Source: Tetramitus jugosus | Taxonomy: Eukaryota; Protista; Heterolobosea | DNA: 64,000 nucleotides | NCBI GenBank assembly: GCA_937625935.1 | Contig: OW569358.1 | Coordinates: forward strand, 62,001 to 126,000 | Direction: 5' to 3' | Shown here: positions 49,077 to 59,448 of the stretch, one piece after another | How positions within the stretch are numbered: the first letter of the stretch is position 1 | Layout of the letters: each line of letters begins with the position of its first letter | Translations under genes and position numbers: made by a program | Notes under the pieces: model-generated | Database searches by the model: none | Told to the model about the DNA's origin: nothing | Seen by the model: only the letters and a program-made list of their open reading frames with translations

Positions 49077-51659
49077 ATGAGTAACATAAACAGTGGCAGC
49101 AGCAGTGCTACTGGTATCAATCCAACTCTCTCTTCCACTACAACAACTACGAGAGTCAATCGAAGCACTAGCTCTGGATCCAACAACAATAACAATTACA
49201 ATAACAACACAAATAATGTCACAAACAATACGAACAATACGAACAATACGACTGCTAATAGTAGTAGTAGTAGTAGCAGCAGCGGTGGCAACAAGCATCA
49301 TTATCACCCTCATCATCACAATATCAATACTAATTCTTCGACTGTCATTGTCAGTGGTGGAGGTGGTGGAGGTGGTGTGAGTGCTGCTGTTGTTGTTGGT
49401 AGTGGTAGTGCCGGTGTGATCTCATTGGTCGGACGGAAATTGCTCCGATTTGCTCGAAATATTTTTGGCGCCAAAAAAATTTTACCGTCGTTCACAGTAC
49501 TCGTGCTTGTTCTTGTGCTGTTTTTGTGTTTGCAATCTGGTTTAATGATTATGATACGATGGAAGAATGGATCATTGATGAGTGTTCAACAATTACAACA
49601 AACTGGTTCTCATCACTCACTCTATCACTGCTACAATCATCATCATCATTATGGTGATGATGATGATGATGTGGATTACGCGGATAAGACGAACAATAAA
49701 CGAGCTGATATCATCATTGGTGACGGTAGTGATATTCGAATTACTCGGAGGAAACACTCAAAAAAGCTAATGATCAACACGGATCTAGAACAACAGCAAG
49801 TGCCACAACGGAAAATGGAGCACAAGAGCTGTTGTGCCGAAAAACAAATCATTTCCAATTTTTATAATCAAGAGTACTCTACTCTGTCATCGCCACCATC
49901 GCCCTTACCATCGACAGCAGTATCGTCATTTGCAGCACTATCCTCTCCATCGACAGCAGAGCCATCGTCACTGTCGTCATCCTCCTCTCCGTTTATAATC
50001 GAAATTAAGTTATTGGCGTATAATCGGTACGCTTCAATCAAACGGTGCTTGGCCAGCTTGAAGGAAGCAGAGTATGGCAGCGATCGTGTGGATCTTACAG
50101 TGTTTCTCGATCATTTTCCATATCAAGGCGACTCTAACAAAGCAAGAGGCGATTATAGTGATGATGATAGTGATGACGACACTAGTGTGGATACGACTCA
50201 AAAGGAAGCAGATTTCAGAGAAAAATTGGATTTGCAGTACAAGATTTTGGAAATGATTCGAGAGTTTGAATGGCCTCATGGTAAAATGAGTCTTCATATG
50301 CGCCACAAGAATGGAAATTTACAAGTGGCTTGGCTCGAAGCATTCTATCCATTGGACAATGACACATATGCGTTCATTGTCGAAGACGATATTCAAGTGT
50401 CTCCCTTTTATTACATGTACTTGAAGAAATTGATTACAAAGTACCGGTATCCGCATTTGATGCCTACATCGACAAAAATGAATGGAGAAGATCAACACAT
50501 TGATCGGCACATTTATGGCATTTCGTTCCAGAGACAGCATTTGGTACCAGGGTATTGGAGTCGTAAGTCTGTGCATGTTGATAATCAGGAACAACCCTAC
50601 TTGTATCAACTCGTGGGTACATGGGGTCAAATTGTGTTCCCTGAGCATTGGAGAGAGTTTAGACAGTATTATGATCAACGATTCTCGCACAAACATTTGA
50701 AACCAAATTTGGATGGATTGATTACGGATCACTGGTACAAACAGAAGGGAGAAAAGATTTGGACACCTTGGTTCATTCGATTCGTGTTTGCAAAGAATTA
50801 TTACAACTTGTACACGAACTTTCCAGGAGATAAAGCCCTGTCAACAAGTCACAGAGATTCAGGAGAAAACTATAAGTGGTTCTCTCGTGGCGCAGATGCC
50901 GATATTATGACCTATCAGAATGATGTTGATTTGTTCAAGACTCATATGGACAAGGAGCTCGTAGATGCACCTCAATTGAAGCGCTATGATTACTGTTTTC
51001 AAGAAGTTCCAAGAGGAAGTGTAACACGCTTGTTTCAATCTGGTGCCTTACCGTTCAAAGAAGACAACAACTATGCTCTCATCTTTACGCATTTCGATCA
51101 TTCTGAAAAGTACTTGAGGAACCAATTGTGCTATTTAGAACAGCATGCTTCTAGATCTGATGAGTTAGAACTTCGCCAATCCATTCTTTTTGTTACTAAT
51201 AGCTCAGGCACTGCGAACGAACTGGCGTATCTAGGATATCAAGCCATATATTTTGATCAGAGCGTGAAGAGTCACAATGAAATCGAGGTTGTGAAGTGGG
51301 TTGCAAATAACATGTCTCCTACGAACCTCTTGTTTGTGTCAAGTACTGACCGCTCTTTGATCAAAAAGAACCCAGTTCCTTCACGTACACTCTCGGCAGT
51401 CAAACCAATGGCAGAACCAGAGCTTCATTGGCTGATTATCTCCTCAGATTTAACGCGCAGTGCGCTAGATATTGCTCGCAACCGGAAACCAAAAACATTG
51501 TTGGAACTCGTCGACTTGCTGCAACCCGATTCGAGCAAAGTTATTGTCTCCAAGCTCAGTGACCAAACAGTTGCGGTTGTATCAAACAATGCCTGGTCTA
51601 AAGTGTCAGTCATACGAGAGGACGATTTCGCTTGCATGCGTGTCCAATGCTGGCGGTAG
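49077..51659 (+). CDS. Type II membrane GT-A glycosyltransferase-like protein
   Basis: TM anchor; IKLLAYNR..S..RCL.SL..A.Y, AFIVEDDIQVSP.YY and YLYQLVGTWG. Confidence 0.8.
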   Translation: MSNINSGSSSATGINPTLSSTTTTTRVNRSTSSGSNNNNNYNNNTNNVTNNTNNTNNTTANSSSSSSSSGGNKHHYHPHHHNINTNSSTVIVSGGGGGGGVSAAVVVGSGSAGVISLVGRKLLRFARNIFGAKKILPSFTVLVLVLVLFLCLQSGLMIMIRWKNGSLMSVQQLQQTGSHHSLYHCYNHHHHYGDDDDDVDYADKTNNKRADIIIGDGSDIRITRRKHSKKLMINTDLEQQQVPQRKMEHKSCCAEKQIISNFYNQEYSTLSSPPSPLPSTAVSSFAALSSPSTAEPSSLSSSSSPFIIEIKLLAYNRYASIKRCLASLKEAEYGSDRVDLTVFLDHFPYQGDSNKARGDYSDDDSDDDTSVDTTQKEADFREKLDLQYKILEMIREFEWPHGKMSLHMRHKNGNLQVAWLEAFYPLDNDTYAFIVEDDIQVSPFYYMYLKKLITKYRYPHLMPTSTKMNGEDQHIDRHIYGISFQRQHLVPGYWSRKSVHVDNQEQPYLYQLVGTWGQIVFPEHWREFRQYYDQRFSHKHLKPNLDGLITDHWYKQKGEKIWTPWFIRFVFAKNYYNLYTNFPGDKALSTSHRDSGENYKWFSRGADADIMTYQNDVDLFKTHMDKELVDAPQLKRYDYCFQEVPRGSVTRLFQSGALPFKEDNNYALIFTHFDHSEKYLRNQLCYLEQHASRSDELELRQSILFVTNSSGTANELAYLGYQAIYFDQSVKSHNEIEVVKWVANNMSPTNLLFVSSTDRSLIKKNPVPSRTLSAVKPMAEPELHWLIISSDLTRSALDIARNRKPKTLLELVDLLQPDSSKVIVSKLSDQTVAVVSNNAWSKVSVIREDDFACMRVQCWR

Positions 51660-51768
51660 AATAAACGAACCAGATCGCACCAGATTTTTCTCCACAGAAC
51701 AGTGACATCATCGAAAGAACATGCAGTTCCTCGAGGAACTGGATAGGCCAAAAATCAACGAAAACGTG

Positions 51769-51842
51769 TACAGACGGCGGGACTCGAACCCGCAACCCCC
51801 GGCTCCGTAGGCCGATACTCTATCCAATTGAGCCACGCCTGC
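51769..51842 (-). tRNA. tRNA-Arg(ACG)
   Basis: GCAGGCGTGGCTCAATTGGATAGAGTA-TCGGC-CTACGGA-GCCGG..GGTTCGAGTCCCGCCGTCTGTA. Confidence 0.95.
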
Positions 51843-52081
51843 TAGATGTATTCATATTTCCCAAAAATAGCCAAAAATCAAAATACCTCAAATTAGTGGT
51901 CTGCAATTTTAGTCGCAAAACTGATTGCCATGGGAGATTCCGCAGAAACAGTGACAGATTGGAACCAACCACAGCAACGGAAGAAATCACAACAATCAAT
52001 TTGTTGTCGGAACCCGACCCTGAAAGCGCCTTAATTAAATTGCCCAGATTCGCCAACAAAAGATTTCGGGGATCATATTTC

Positions 52082-54778
52082 ATGCAAAAAAAACAACTGA
52101 ATGACCCATCATCGGTGAGCCAACAACCAGCCTCAGCGGCCAACAGCGATGATACTAGTGTTGTCGTTGGTGGCACCAATGAGCACGCTCATCCTCCACA
52201 ACATGCTGATAACAACAACAAGAACAACAACAACACACTCAAGCTAACAATGAGTAACATTGCCAAGCACAACAACAAGAATAATCATCATGATTCTCCA
52301 TCTTCATCATCATCACCAACAACAACAAGACAACCACCAAACAACAACAACAACAACAACAACACCAATATTCACATTTCAACAACAACAACAACCAAAC
52401 AAAAAAAGAAGCTACAACAACAACAGCAATTAGCTTCTCAACTACAACAAAAATTGGCTCAATTGCAATTCCAGCAACAACAACAGCAACAACAACAACA
52501 ACAACAGCAATTAGAAGCTTATGATGGTATAGGTAGAGATGAAAAAGATGATATCGATGATATAGAAGATGATGAAGAAAATAATGATGGATTGGCAGCA
52601 GCATCTCGTTACTCTCCTTCACTTCCCACATCGACATCAAGAATTCGTTTGATACCAAAAGCTAAAACTCCTATTGGTGTTTCAAGTGGAGTTGCATTAG
52701 ACGACGATGATGATGATGATGATGATGATGATCTTCAAGGCAATAACGTAGTGATTCATCAAAAGGAAGAGTTGCATGATGATGATGATGATGACGAATG
52801 GTTGGGTGATTATGATGACGAGACAGTGGGTGGTGATGATGTGGATGATCATAGTAGTGTCAGTAGTGGTACGTGGAAGCGACAAAAACAAGTGGCAGCA
52901 CTGAAAAAGTACAAGAGAAAGCTACAGCTGCAACAACAGAAAAAATTGAGCAGAGAACGAACGATACAGAACTTGAATGAAGCAGCAGACAGTCAACAGC
53001 AACAAGAAGAAGCGAATCATCACATGTCGTGGTTCTTTTCAGCACGAGAAACGCTATTCAAGGGGTTGAGGTCACTGTTGGGCGATTATTGGAAGTTGTT
53101 GACCAACAGAAAATTCTTTTGGTTGTTTCTGGGTAATTTTATATCAACGTTTGGCAACTTTTTCACAAATATTGCCATATTGACACTCGTGGAAACGTAT
53201 AGCTCTCAACGGTTGTCTGGTATTGCCATCAGTGGTGTTTATATGGCGTTTCTCATCCCTCCGATTGTGTTGATGCCGATTACGGGTGTGATGATTGATT
53301 TGTTCGATCGGAGGAAGATTATGATTGTGGCAGATATGATTCGATTTGTGCTCGTTCTGCTCTTCTTGCCCATGACGTTGATTGACCCAAATAGACTGCT
53401 CTGGATGGTGTATCCAATATTGGTCCTAGTATCATCAGTGAATTCGTTCTTTGATCCGTGTCATGAGAGCATGATTCCACTTGTGGTCGAAGATAAGTCA
53501 TTGCTCGTAGCTGCAAATGCATTGGACTCCCTAACATGGATGTCCTGTATGTTCCTAGGATCGAGTCTGGGTGGATTGGTCTACGCCACACTGGGTCCAA
53601 CTGTAAATATTGTAATTGACTCGGTATCCTTCCTTTTTAGCGCATTCTGTGTGCTTCAAATGCTGTTGACTCCCAACTTTTATGGAAATGAAGAAGCTGC
53701 CATCAAATCGAGTGACATTGACAAAGACATCAAACTGGGTCGAGTGCACAAGGACTATGATATCGAAACGAATGATGATGTAGATTTGATGACTGCGACC
53801 TCTACTGCCTCTCACATGTCAAAAACCGATACACATACATCGGATCACGTCATTTCTCTACGACGAGACGATATGCCTCGTAGAATGGCAGAACCGATGA
53901 CTCTAGACGACGTGATCAACCCAGCAATGTACAAACCGCCATTGCCTGTTCGTCTCAAGAAGGCTTTCTTTAGACACATTAAGGAGTTCATTATTGGTCT
54001 GAAGTTTATGAAAGATAACAAGTATTTATTGACTCTATGTCTCCTGAAATCAACGGGTATGCTCATGTGGGGAGGTGTTTTGGAGTTGATATCCCTAAAG
54101 TTTAGCAACACATTCTTCCGGTTAGGGGATGATGCATCAGCTATGCTTGGTATTGTGAAGGCACTCGTTGGTGTAGGATCTGGATTGGCTCCAGTCGTAG
54201 TGGAAAGAACCATAACGATCATTCAAACTAAGAGACGCCTAAGGCGAATTGAGCGAACAGGAATCGAGGAAGAACCTGACGAAATATGGGATCCGAACAT
54301 TTCCCGCGGTGTGATCATTTTCTCACTCCTCGCAATTCTCATTGGCAACTTGTTTGTGTTTGTGAGTCCATCGATACATGCGACTTTCTTCTTCGTTGGT
54401 CTATTGGTGTTGGGATCTGGAGCAGGTGTGTTGTGGGCAGTGTCCAGCTCCGTTATTTTCTATGTGTGCCCAAAGCAGATGCTAGGACGTGCAATGAGTT
54501 TAGATGTTGGATTCTTCCTATGCATTTCCCAGGTTGTATCTGTCACTGGTGGAGGATTGTTGTTTGATACACTGCGAATGAAGAATGCCCAACCACTGAC
54601 CCTGATTTACATATCTGCCGGCATGTTCTTCTGTCTACTGTGGAGTGCTTGGTGGATACTGTACAAGAACAGGGAACATGAACCTCTGTCAATGCCAGAA
54701 CTAGCACAACAAGAGCAAGGATCTGCTCCTTCACAGTTCATTGCAAAAGTTCGTGCAGGTACACCCATGGTCGCATGA
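52082..54778 (+). CDS. MFS transporter (DHA3/MFS_3-like) with a long low-complexity N-terminus
   Basis: F..LFLGNFIS.FG, motif A GVMIDLFDRRKIMI.AD..R, L..ANAL and P..MLGRA; start codon uncertain. Confidence 0.88.
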   Translation: MQKKQLNDPSSVSQQPASAANSDDTSVVVGGTNEHAHPPQHADNNNKNNNNTLKLTMSNIAKHNNKNNHHDSPSSSSSPTTTRQPPNNNNNNNNTNIHISTTTTTKQKKKLQQQQQLASQLQQKLAQLQFQQQQQQQQQQQQQLEAYDGIGRDEKDDIDDIEDDEENNDGLAAASRYSPSLPTSTSRIRLIPKAKTPIGVSSGVALDDDDDDDDDDDLQGNNVVIHQKEELHDDDDDDEWLGDYDDETVGGDDVDDHSSVSSGTWKRQKQVAALKKYKRKLQLQQQKKLSRERTIQNLNEAADSQQQQEEANHHMSWFFSARETLFKGLRSLLGDYWKLLTNRKFFWLFLGNFISTFGNFFTNIAILTLVETYSSQRLSGIAISGVYMAFLIPPIVLMPITGVMIDLFDRRKIMIVADMIRFVLVLLFLPMTLIDPNRLLWMVYPILVLVSSVNSFFDPCHESMIPLVVEDKSLLVAANALDSLTWMSCMFLGSSLGGLVYATLGPTVNIVIDSVSFLFSAFCVLQMLLTPNFYGNEEAAIKSSDIDKDIKLGRVHKDYDIETNDDVDLMTATSTASHMSKTDTHTSDHVISLRRDDMPRRMAEPMTLDDVINPAMYKPPLPVRLKKAFFRHIKEFIIGLKFMKDNKYLLTLCLLKSTGMLMWGGVLELISLKFSNTFFRLGDDASAMLGIVKALVGVGSGLAPVVVERTITIIQTKRRLRRIERTGIEEEPDEIWDPNISRGVIIFSLLAILIGNLFVFVSPSIHATFFFVGLLVLGSGAGVLWAVSSSVIFYVCPKQMLGRAMSLDVGFFLCISQVVSVTGGGLLFDTLRMKNAQPLTLIYISAGMFFCLLWSAWWILYKNREHEPLSMPELAQQEQGSAPSQFIAKVRAGTPMVA

Positions 54779-55015
54779 TCAACAACAGAATAAATTGCGA
54801 ATCAATCGATGGAATTTGTAAAGTCATTGTTACAACAAAAAGTGGAACCCGCCAAAATTTTTCGTTTTGGCGCCATGCAAAATTTCTTTGAAACGTCGTG
54901 TGAATGTTGTCTTGAACGTTTTTGACTGCTTCGTTGGATACAAAAACAAACAAAATCAACCAACACCAACACAACACCACAACCAACAACAACAACAACA
55001 AAATCAACATACAAA

Positions 55016-55861
55016 ATGGCTAATGTATCATTCTTCGGTATGAGCTTGACCCCAGGTCAAGAGGAAATTATCCCAATTCCAGCTGGCATCGTTCTTCACA
55101 TCTCCCAAGTCACTTTGGCCACTGAAGGCCAAGACGGTGAAGTCACCAGAGTCTTTGCTGTCATTGAAGAAGACGGTTCTGATGATGATGAAGAAGAAGT
55201 CAACACCTCTGTCCAAAAGGAGAGAAGAGAATTTGCCATTGCCACCTTGGTTGGTAAGAGCAAGGAATCTCAAAACTTGGAATTGAACTTTTCTGAGATT
55301 GATGGAGATGTTTGCTTCAAGGCTGTCGGTGGACGCACCCACGTTCATCTCACTGGTTACTTTAACCAAGTTTCCACTGAAGATGAAATGTTTGGTGAGT
55401 TTGACAGTGAAGAAGAAGAGGAATTGAATGGTAAATTGCCACCAAACTTTGTTCAATATGAGTCTGATGAGGACGATGAGGACTTTAAGGTCAATGCATC
55501 TGCTCTCGATGACAACAATGATTCTGGATACTTTATTCAAGGAGGTTCCGATGAAGAGAGTGAAGATGAGGAAGATGAAGCTGAAGCTGATGAAGACATT
55601 CAAGCCAGCCTCGAAATGTTGAAGAAGCAAATTGCTCAACAAGAGAGCTCAAAGAAGAGAAAGAATGCTCCAACAACGAACGAAACTGCCTCAAAGAAGC
55701 AAAAGACTGAAGCAAAGAAGCCACAACAACAAAACGGTGCTCCAAAGAAGCAAGAAGCTGCTGCACCAAAGAAGCAAGACACTCCAAAGCAAACTGAATC
55801 AAAGGCTCAATCAGGAAAGAAGAACAACAAGAAGAACAAGAAGAACAATAAGAAGAAGTAA
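55016..55861 (+). CDS. Nucleoplasmin-like (NPL) histone chaperone with acidic and basic tail
   Basis: FFGM.L.PG, LHISQVTL, IATL, Q.LEL.F and VHLTGY, followed by D/E and K-rich tracts. Confidence 0.85.
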   Translation: MANVSFFGMSLTPGQEEIIPIPAGIVLHISQVTLATEGQDGEVTRVFAVIEEDGSDDDEEEVNTSVQKERREFAIATLVGKSKESQNLELNFSEIDGDVCFKAVGGRTHVHLTGYFNQVSTEDEMFGEFDSEEEEELNGKLPPNFVQYESDEDDEDFKVNASALDDNNDSGYFIQGGSDEESEDEEDEAEADEDIQASLEMLKKQIAQQESSKKRKNAPTTNETASKKQKTEAKKPQQQNGAPKKQEAAAPKKQDTPKQTESKAQSGKKNNKKNKKNNKKK

Positions 55862-55996
55862 ATTTTTTTTTCAAGTCACATACGGTATGCGTTTTTGTTA
55901 TCATCTCGATGTTGTTCCTGTAGATTTCGGAGATTCTCAAAAAACAGTTGCACGAATTACAGTCAAACAGCTTCAAGCAAATCACCTATTCAGAAT

Positions 55997-57877
55997 ATGA
56001 GTGAAAGGGATTTAGTTTCCGATGTTTCATCGTATCCTCTCGTGGATCAACCAACTCTTCTCAGTACGATTCTGGATGAAGAGAGCACAGCTCTTACACT
56101 CGATGAGCTCAAACTGGAGTTGGACAAGGTGATTAAGGAGGAGGAAGAGGAGCTGGAGAACCAAAAGAGAGAGATTCAAGACTTGTCCAGAGCACAGATT
56201 GATCTACAGGAGGAATTGAAGGAAGAAGACCAAATTGAAAAGAGTTTGACATCCGAGTATGATCAATTGAAGAAACACTTGAATGCTAGAAAGAAGAGGG
56301 AAGCAGAATTATCCAAGATGGAGGTAGAATTGAAAGAAATGTACCAAAAAGCAATCCGAGAGAATGACTTGAGGCACGCAGACTACATGCATCTGGACTA
56401 TGAACGGAACCGAACCCTCGCTCGAAAGAAAAAGCTGGAAGATGATATCATTTCCTTACAAAATAGAAGGGAAGATGCGATAAAGACACAACATGAAAAG
56501 GAAGTTGAGTTTGAAGAGAAGTGTAAATTGATAGATATGACACGAGAGCAGTATGAAGCAGAACTTGTAGCTCTATGTGAGGAGACAGGCAAATGGGAGG
56601 AGATCCATGAAATTGTAATGAGAGAAATCGATATTGAAACAGAGGAGATCATGAAGAAGGTTGAAATAATGGAAAGGAAGCGTTTAGAGGCTGAAGAAAA
56701 TGCCAATGAGGCCCGAAATCAATACATCGATCTATTAAATAAAAGAGACGATGAAATTGGAGCATTATCTTTCAACTCTCTCTATGACGAGTTTTACTCC
56801 ATGGTAAAAGAAATTCATACAATAGAGAGAAAGATAAACATGAAAAGAATGATAGAAGATAGATTAGTTCAGGACATATCAGATATGTTAGAGAGGAACA
56901 AGACATTCATAGAGAAGAAGAGAATCGAGGAGGATGAAGAGATCAAGGAGTCAGCGAACCGAAACAGTCATTCAGATGATCCAGAGAGTCCAAGATCAAC
57001 ACCTAGAAGTCCAAGAAGTCCCAGACCATCGACACCGCGAGTTGAAATCAATGCAAAATTGCTTCAGAAGATGCGAAAGAGGATTTATGGAACTGTCGAG
57101 GAGTTTATGCTCAAGAAGACAAAGGCAGAGTACGACGTTGTTGCAGAGATGTCCCATTTTACCAATCTTATCGCACAGAGGATATCTGAGTCGATTCCTG
57201 ATGAGGAACGACAATATATTCATAAGTTGGAGAAACAAAATGTTGAGATTAGCAGAACTCACTTTAGATCTGAAGTAGCAAATAGTGAAGAAATGGTACG
57301 GTTAGTGGAACTTTCTCACCTACGTAGAATTGGATCATTCAGCAACAAAGCTCTCTCGACTCTGGCAGAACACTTGGCCGGAGCTGCACAAATTGATATC
57401 GAACCAATTTTACCTGATTTAGAGCTAGGAGAAGAGATCTACGATGATTACTATGTAGATTACGATGAAGAACTAACGAGACTGTCGGAGCAGAGGTTAG
57501 CATTGGAGTCCGAATTAAAACAACTGGAGCAAGAACTGGGCATTAATCCTGAGATTCAAAAGCCAAACATACCCGTGAGAGAAGCAACTCGAACGGATCT
57601 ATCATCTCTCATTGACTCAACGCAACAACATCGAGATTCCAGCAGACTGTTTATCGCTCGTGAAGAACTCAAGGATATCATACCGGACGTAGTGAACGAG
57701 CAGAGATCGTTCGATGAAGAAGAGTTACACTTGCGCTGGTATCATGCCAAACAGTATGCAATCAAAGGACTATGCTCCCAATTGAATGAAGAATCATTCA
57801 TATCACCCGAGACAAGATCTCGCTCACTCATCAACTCACTCAATGCAACTCATTTCCAATGCGTAACCGAACAATAA
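55997..57877 (+). CDS. Coiled-coil protein of unknown function
   Basis: Long E/K-rich heptad ORF. Confidence 0.65.
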   Translation: MSERDLVSDVSSYPLVDQPTLLSTILDEESTALTLDELKLELDKVIKEEEEELENQKREIQDLSRAQIDLQEELKEEDQIEKSLTSEYDQLKKHLNARKKREAELSKMEVELKEMYQKAIRENDLRHADYMHLDYERNRTLARKKKLEDDIISLQNRREDAIKTQHEKEVEFEEKCKLIDMTREQYEAELVALCEETGKWEEIHEIVMREIDIETEEIMKKVEIMERKRLEAEENANEARNQYIDLLNKRDDEIGALSFNSLYDEFYSMVKEIHTIERKINMKRMIEDRLVQDISDMLERNKTFIEKKRIEEDEEIKESANRNSHSDDPESPRSTPRSPRSPRPSTPRVEINAKLLQKMRKRIYGTVEEFMLKKTKAEYDVVAEMSHFTNLIAQRISESIPDEERQYIHKLEKQNVEISRTHFRSEVANSEEMVRLVELSHLRRIGSFSNKALSTLAEHLAGAAQIDIEPILPDLELGEEIYDDYYVDYDEELTRLSEQRLALESELKQLEQELGINPEIQKPNIPVREATRTDLSSLIDSTQQHRDSSRLFIAREELKDIIPDVVNEQRSFDEEELHLRWYHAKQYAIKGLCSQLNEESFISPETRSRSLINSLNATHFQCVTEQ

Positions 57878-57910
57878 CAGGAATCAAAATAAAACAACAA
57901 AGACAACATT

Positions 57911-59050
57911 TTATAAGAAGAATCTCGTTCTCGAAGTGTCCATATCAGTCTTGTGCTTCCATTCATACTCACCAAACTGAGAGTCAAACGTGCCCAATTG
58001 CAACGACTCCATTCGGAGAGTGAAACGAGGCCCCACTTCCTGAATATTGACCTCGTACTCTCCCTTGTGTTCCTCACTCTTCACAAACTCATATCTGTGA
58101 TGTCTGAAAAAGATGAAATCTCTTTGATTGTGGAATGTGATGACACGTCGACCTACAAACTGTGGTTGCTTGGGGAACAAGCACTGCATCATTCTTGCGA
58201 CTCTCAATCCCAATCTCGTATTAAAATTGTTGAGAATGAGCTCTGGTGCATAATCACTGGATCTTGCATGATTCTTAATCTGTTTCGAGTTCTTGTTCGT
58301 GCTCAATCGATAAATGGCAGTGGGTCCTTCTGGCAAGTGCACATGAGTCAATCGATAGGGCTTACCCAATCTCTGACCAATAACCCAAATATCAGTAAAG
58401 TCTCTGTTGATACAGTACTCAATCATTTGTTTGATATAGTAGGTTCTTCTGGGCACGTAGAACGCGTTGGGCAGCGCTGCGATCAAATCACGAATAAAGC
58501 TCAGCATATTTTTGCTGGCTCTCGTCTGCTTTTGCACCACTCCGTCCCATCCCGTCGTAATCAGAATTTTCGGAGTAACTGAATTATCCGATGAAAAATG
58601 CCGACTGAACTCGTCCATTTGTTCGTCTGTTTGAATTTCTTCGACAATGTGAGCGGCAGTATCTGGTGCGACACGAGTCACATCCCTCTCTGCCTTCATG
58701 TCTTGTGTGAGCGGAGTAATTCCCGTCACTCCATCCAATTGACGCTTCTTTCTAACGAGTTCTCTCATTGCTCTCTTGAGCTTCAACTGTTTACGTATGA
58801 GGTCCTTCTTCTTTGTGGAGGTGTGAAGTGCGGCAGTGGTCTTCTCTAGTGTCTCCATGTCGAATTTTCTGAGATCGGCTTCGAGCAGTTGAGCTGCGAC
58901 TCTGCCTGTTTGACCCTTGTACTTGAAATTTTTTTGATTCTTGTTTTTGTTGCCATTTTTGTTGTTGTTGTTGTTTGATGACTTTTTGTTATTGTTGTTG
59001 TTGGTGTTGTTGGTGGTAGTGGCGGTGGGTGGTGTAGATGAGGAGGGCAT
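57911..59050 (-). CDS. RPF1: Ribosome production factor 1 (Brix domain)
   Basis: DE..DEFS, PKILITT, HLPEGPTA, PELILNNFNTRLG.R, TFHNQRDFIFFRHHRY, QEVGPRFTL and GTFD...GEYEW. Confidence 0.93.
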   Translation of the reverse strand: MPSSSTPPTATTTNNTNNNNNKKSSNNNNNKNGNKNKNQKNFKYKGQTGRVAAQLLEADLRKFDMETLEKTTAALHTSTKKKDLIRKQLKLKRAMRELVRKKRQLDGVTGITPLTQDMKAERDVTRVAPDTAAHIVEEIQTDEQMDEFSRHFSSDNSVTPKILITTGWDGVVQKQTRASKNMLSFIRDLIAALPNAFYVPRRTYYIKQMIEYCINRDFTDIWVIGQRLGKPYRLTHVHLPEGPTAIYRLSTNKNSKQIKNHARSSDYAPELILNNFNTRLGLRVARMMQCLFPKQPQFVGRRVITFHNQRDFIFFRHHRYEFVKSEEHKGEYEVNIQEVGPRFTLRMESLQLGTFDSQFGEYEWKHKTDMDTSRTRFFL

Positions 59051-59448
59051 TTTCAGTTGGTGTTGTTGGTGATTTTATTGGAGTCCAAAAGTGTTGGTGG
59101 TGTTCAAAATTTTGTGTTGGGCGGTGTAAATGGGGAAATGTGCAAGAGATTGTTGAAGGCTCAAGGTGAAGTAGGAGAAATACTACCGTGGAATGAGAGA
59201 TCAGTTTCTTTCACAGCAGTCGTTCCAGATCACAAACACTTGAGTTAGTATTGCGAGAGACAAACAACTACTCTCCAATGGAGTACACGTGGACTTTGCC
59301 ATAGCTCGGAGAAATCGGAATCTTTACTGAACCGGAAGAACACTTCCGCCAATAGCCCGCGTGTGAAAAAACAAAAAAATTGAACACTGAAAAAAAAACA
59401 AAACATCAAACAACAACAACAATCCACAACAAAACAACAACAATCAAC

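Noticed and set aside
52200-52860. AAC/CAA/GAT triplet tracts here and near 26000-27060, 49000-49400 and 58950-59050
   Set aside because: Ordinary low-complexity poly-N/Q/D coding or leader sequence; the antisense ORFs over them are artefacts.
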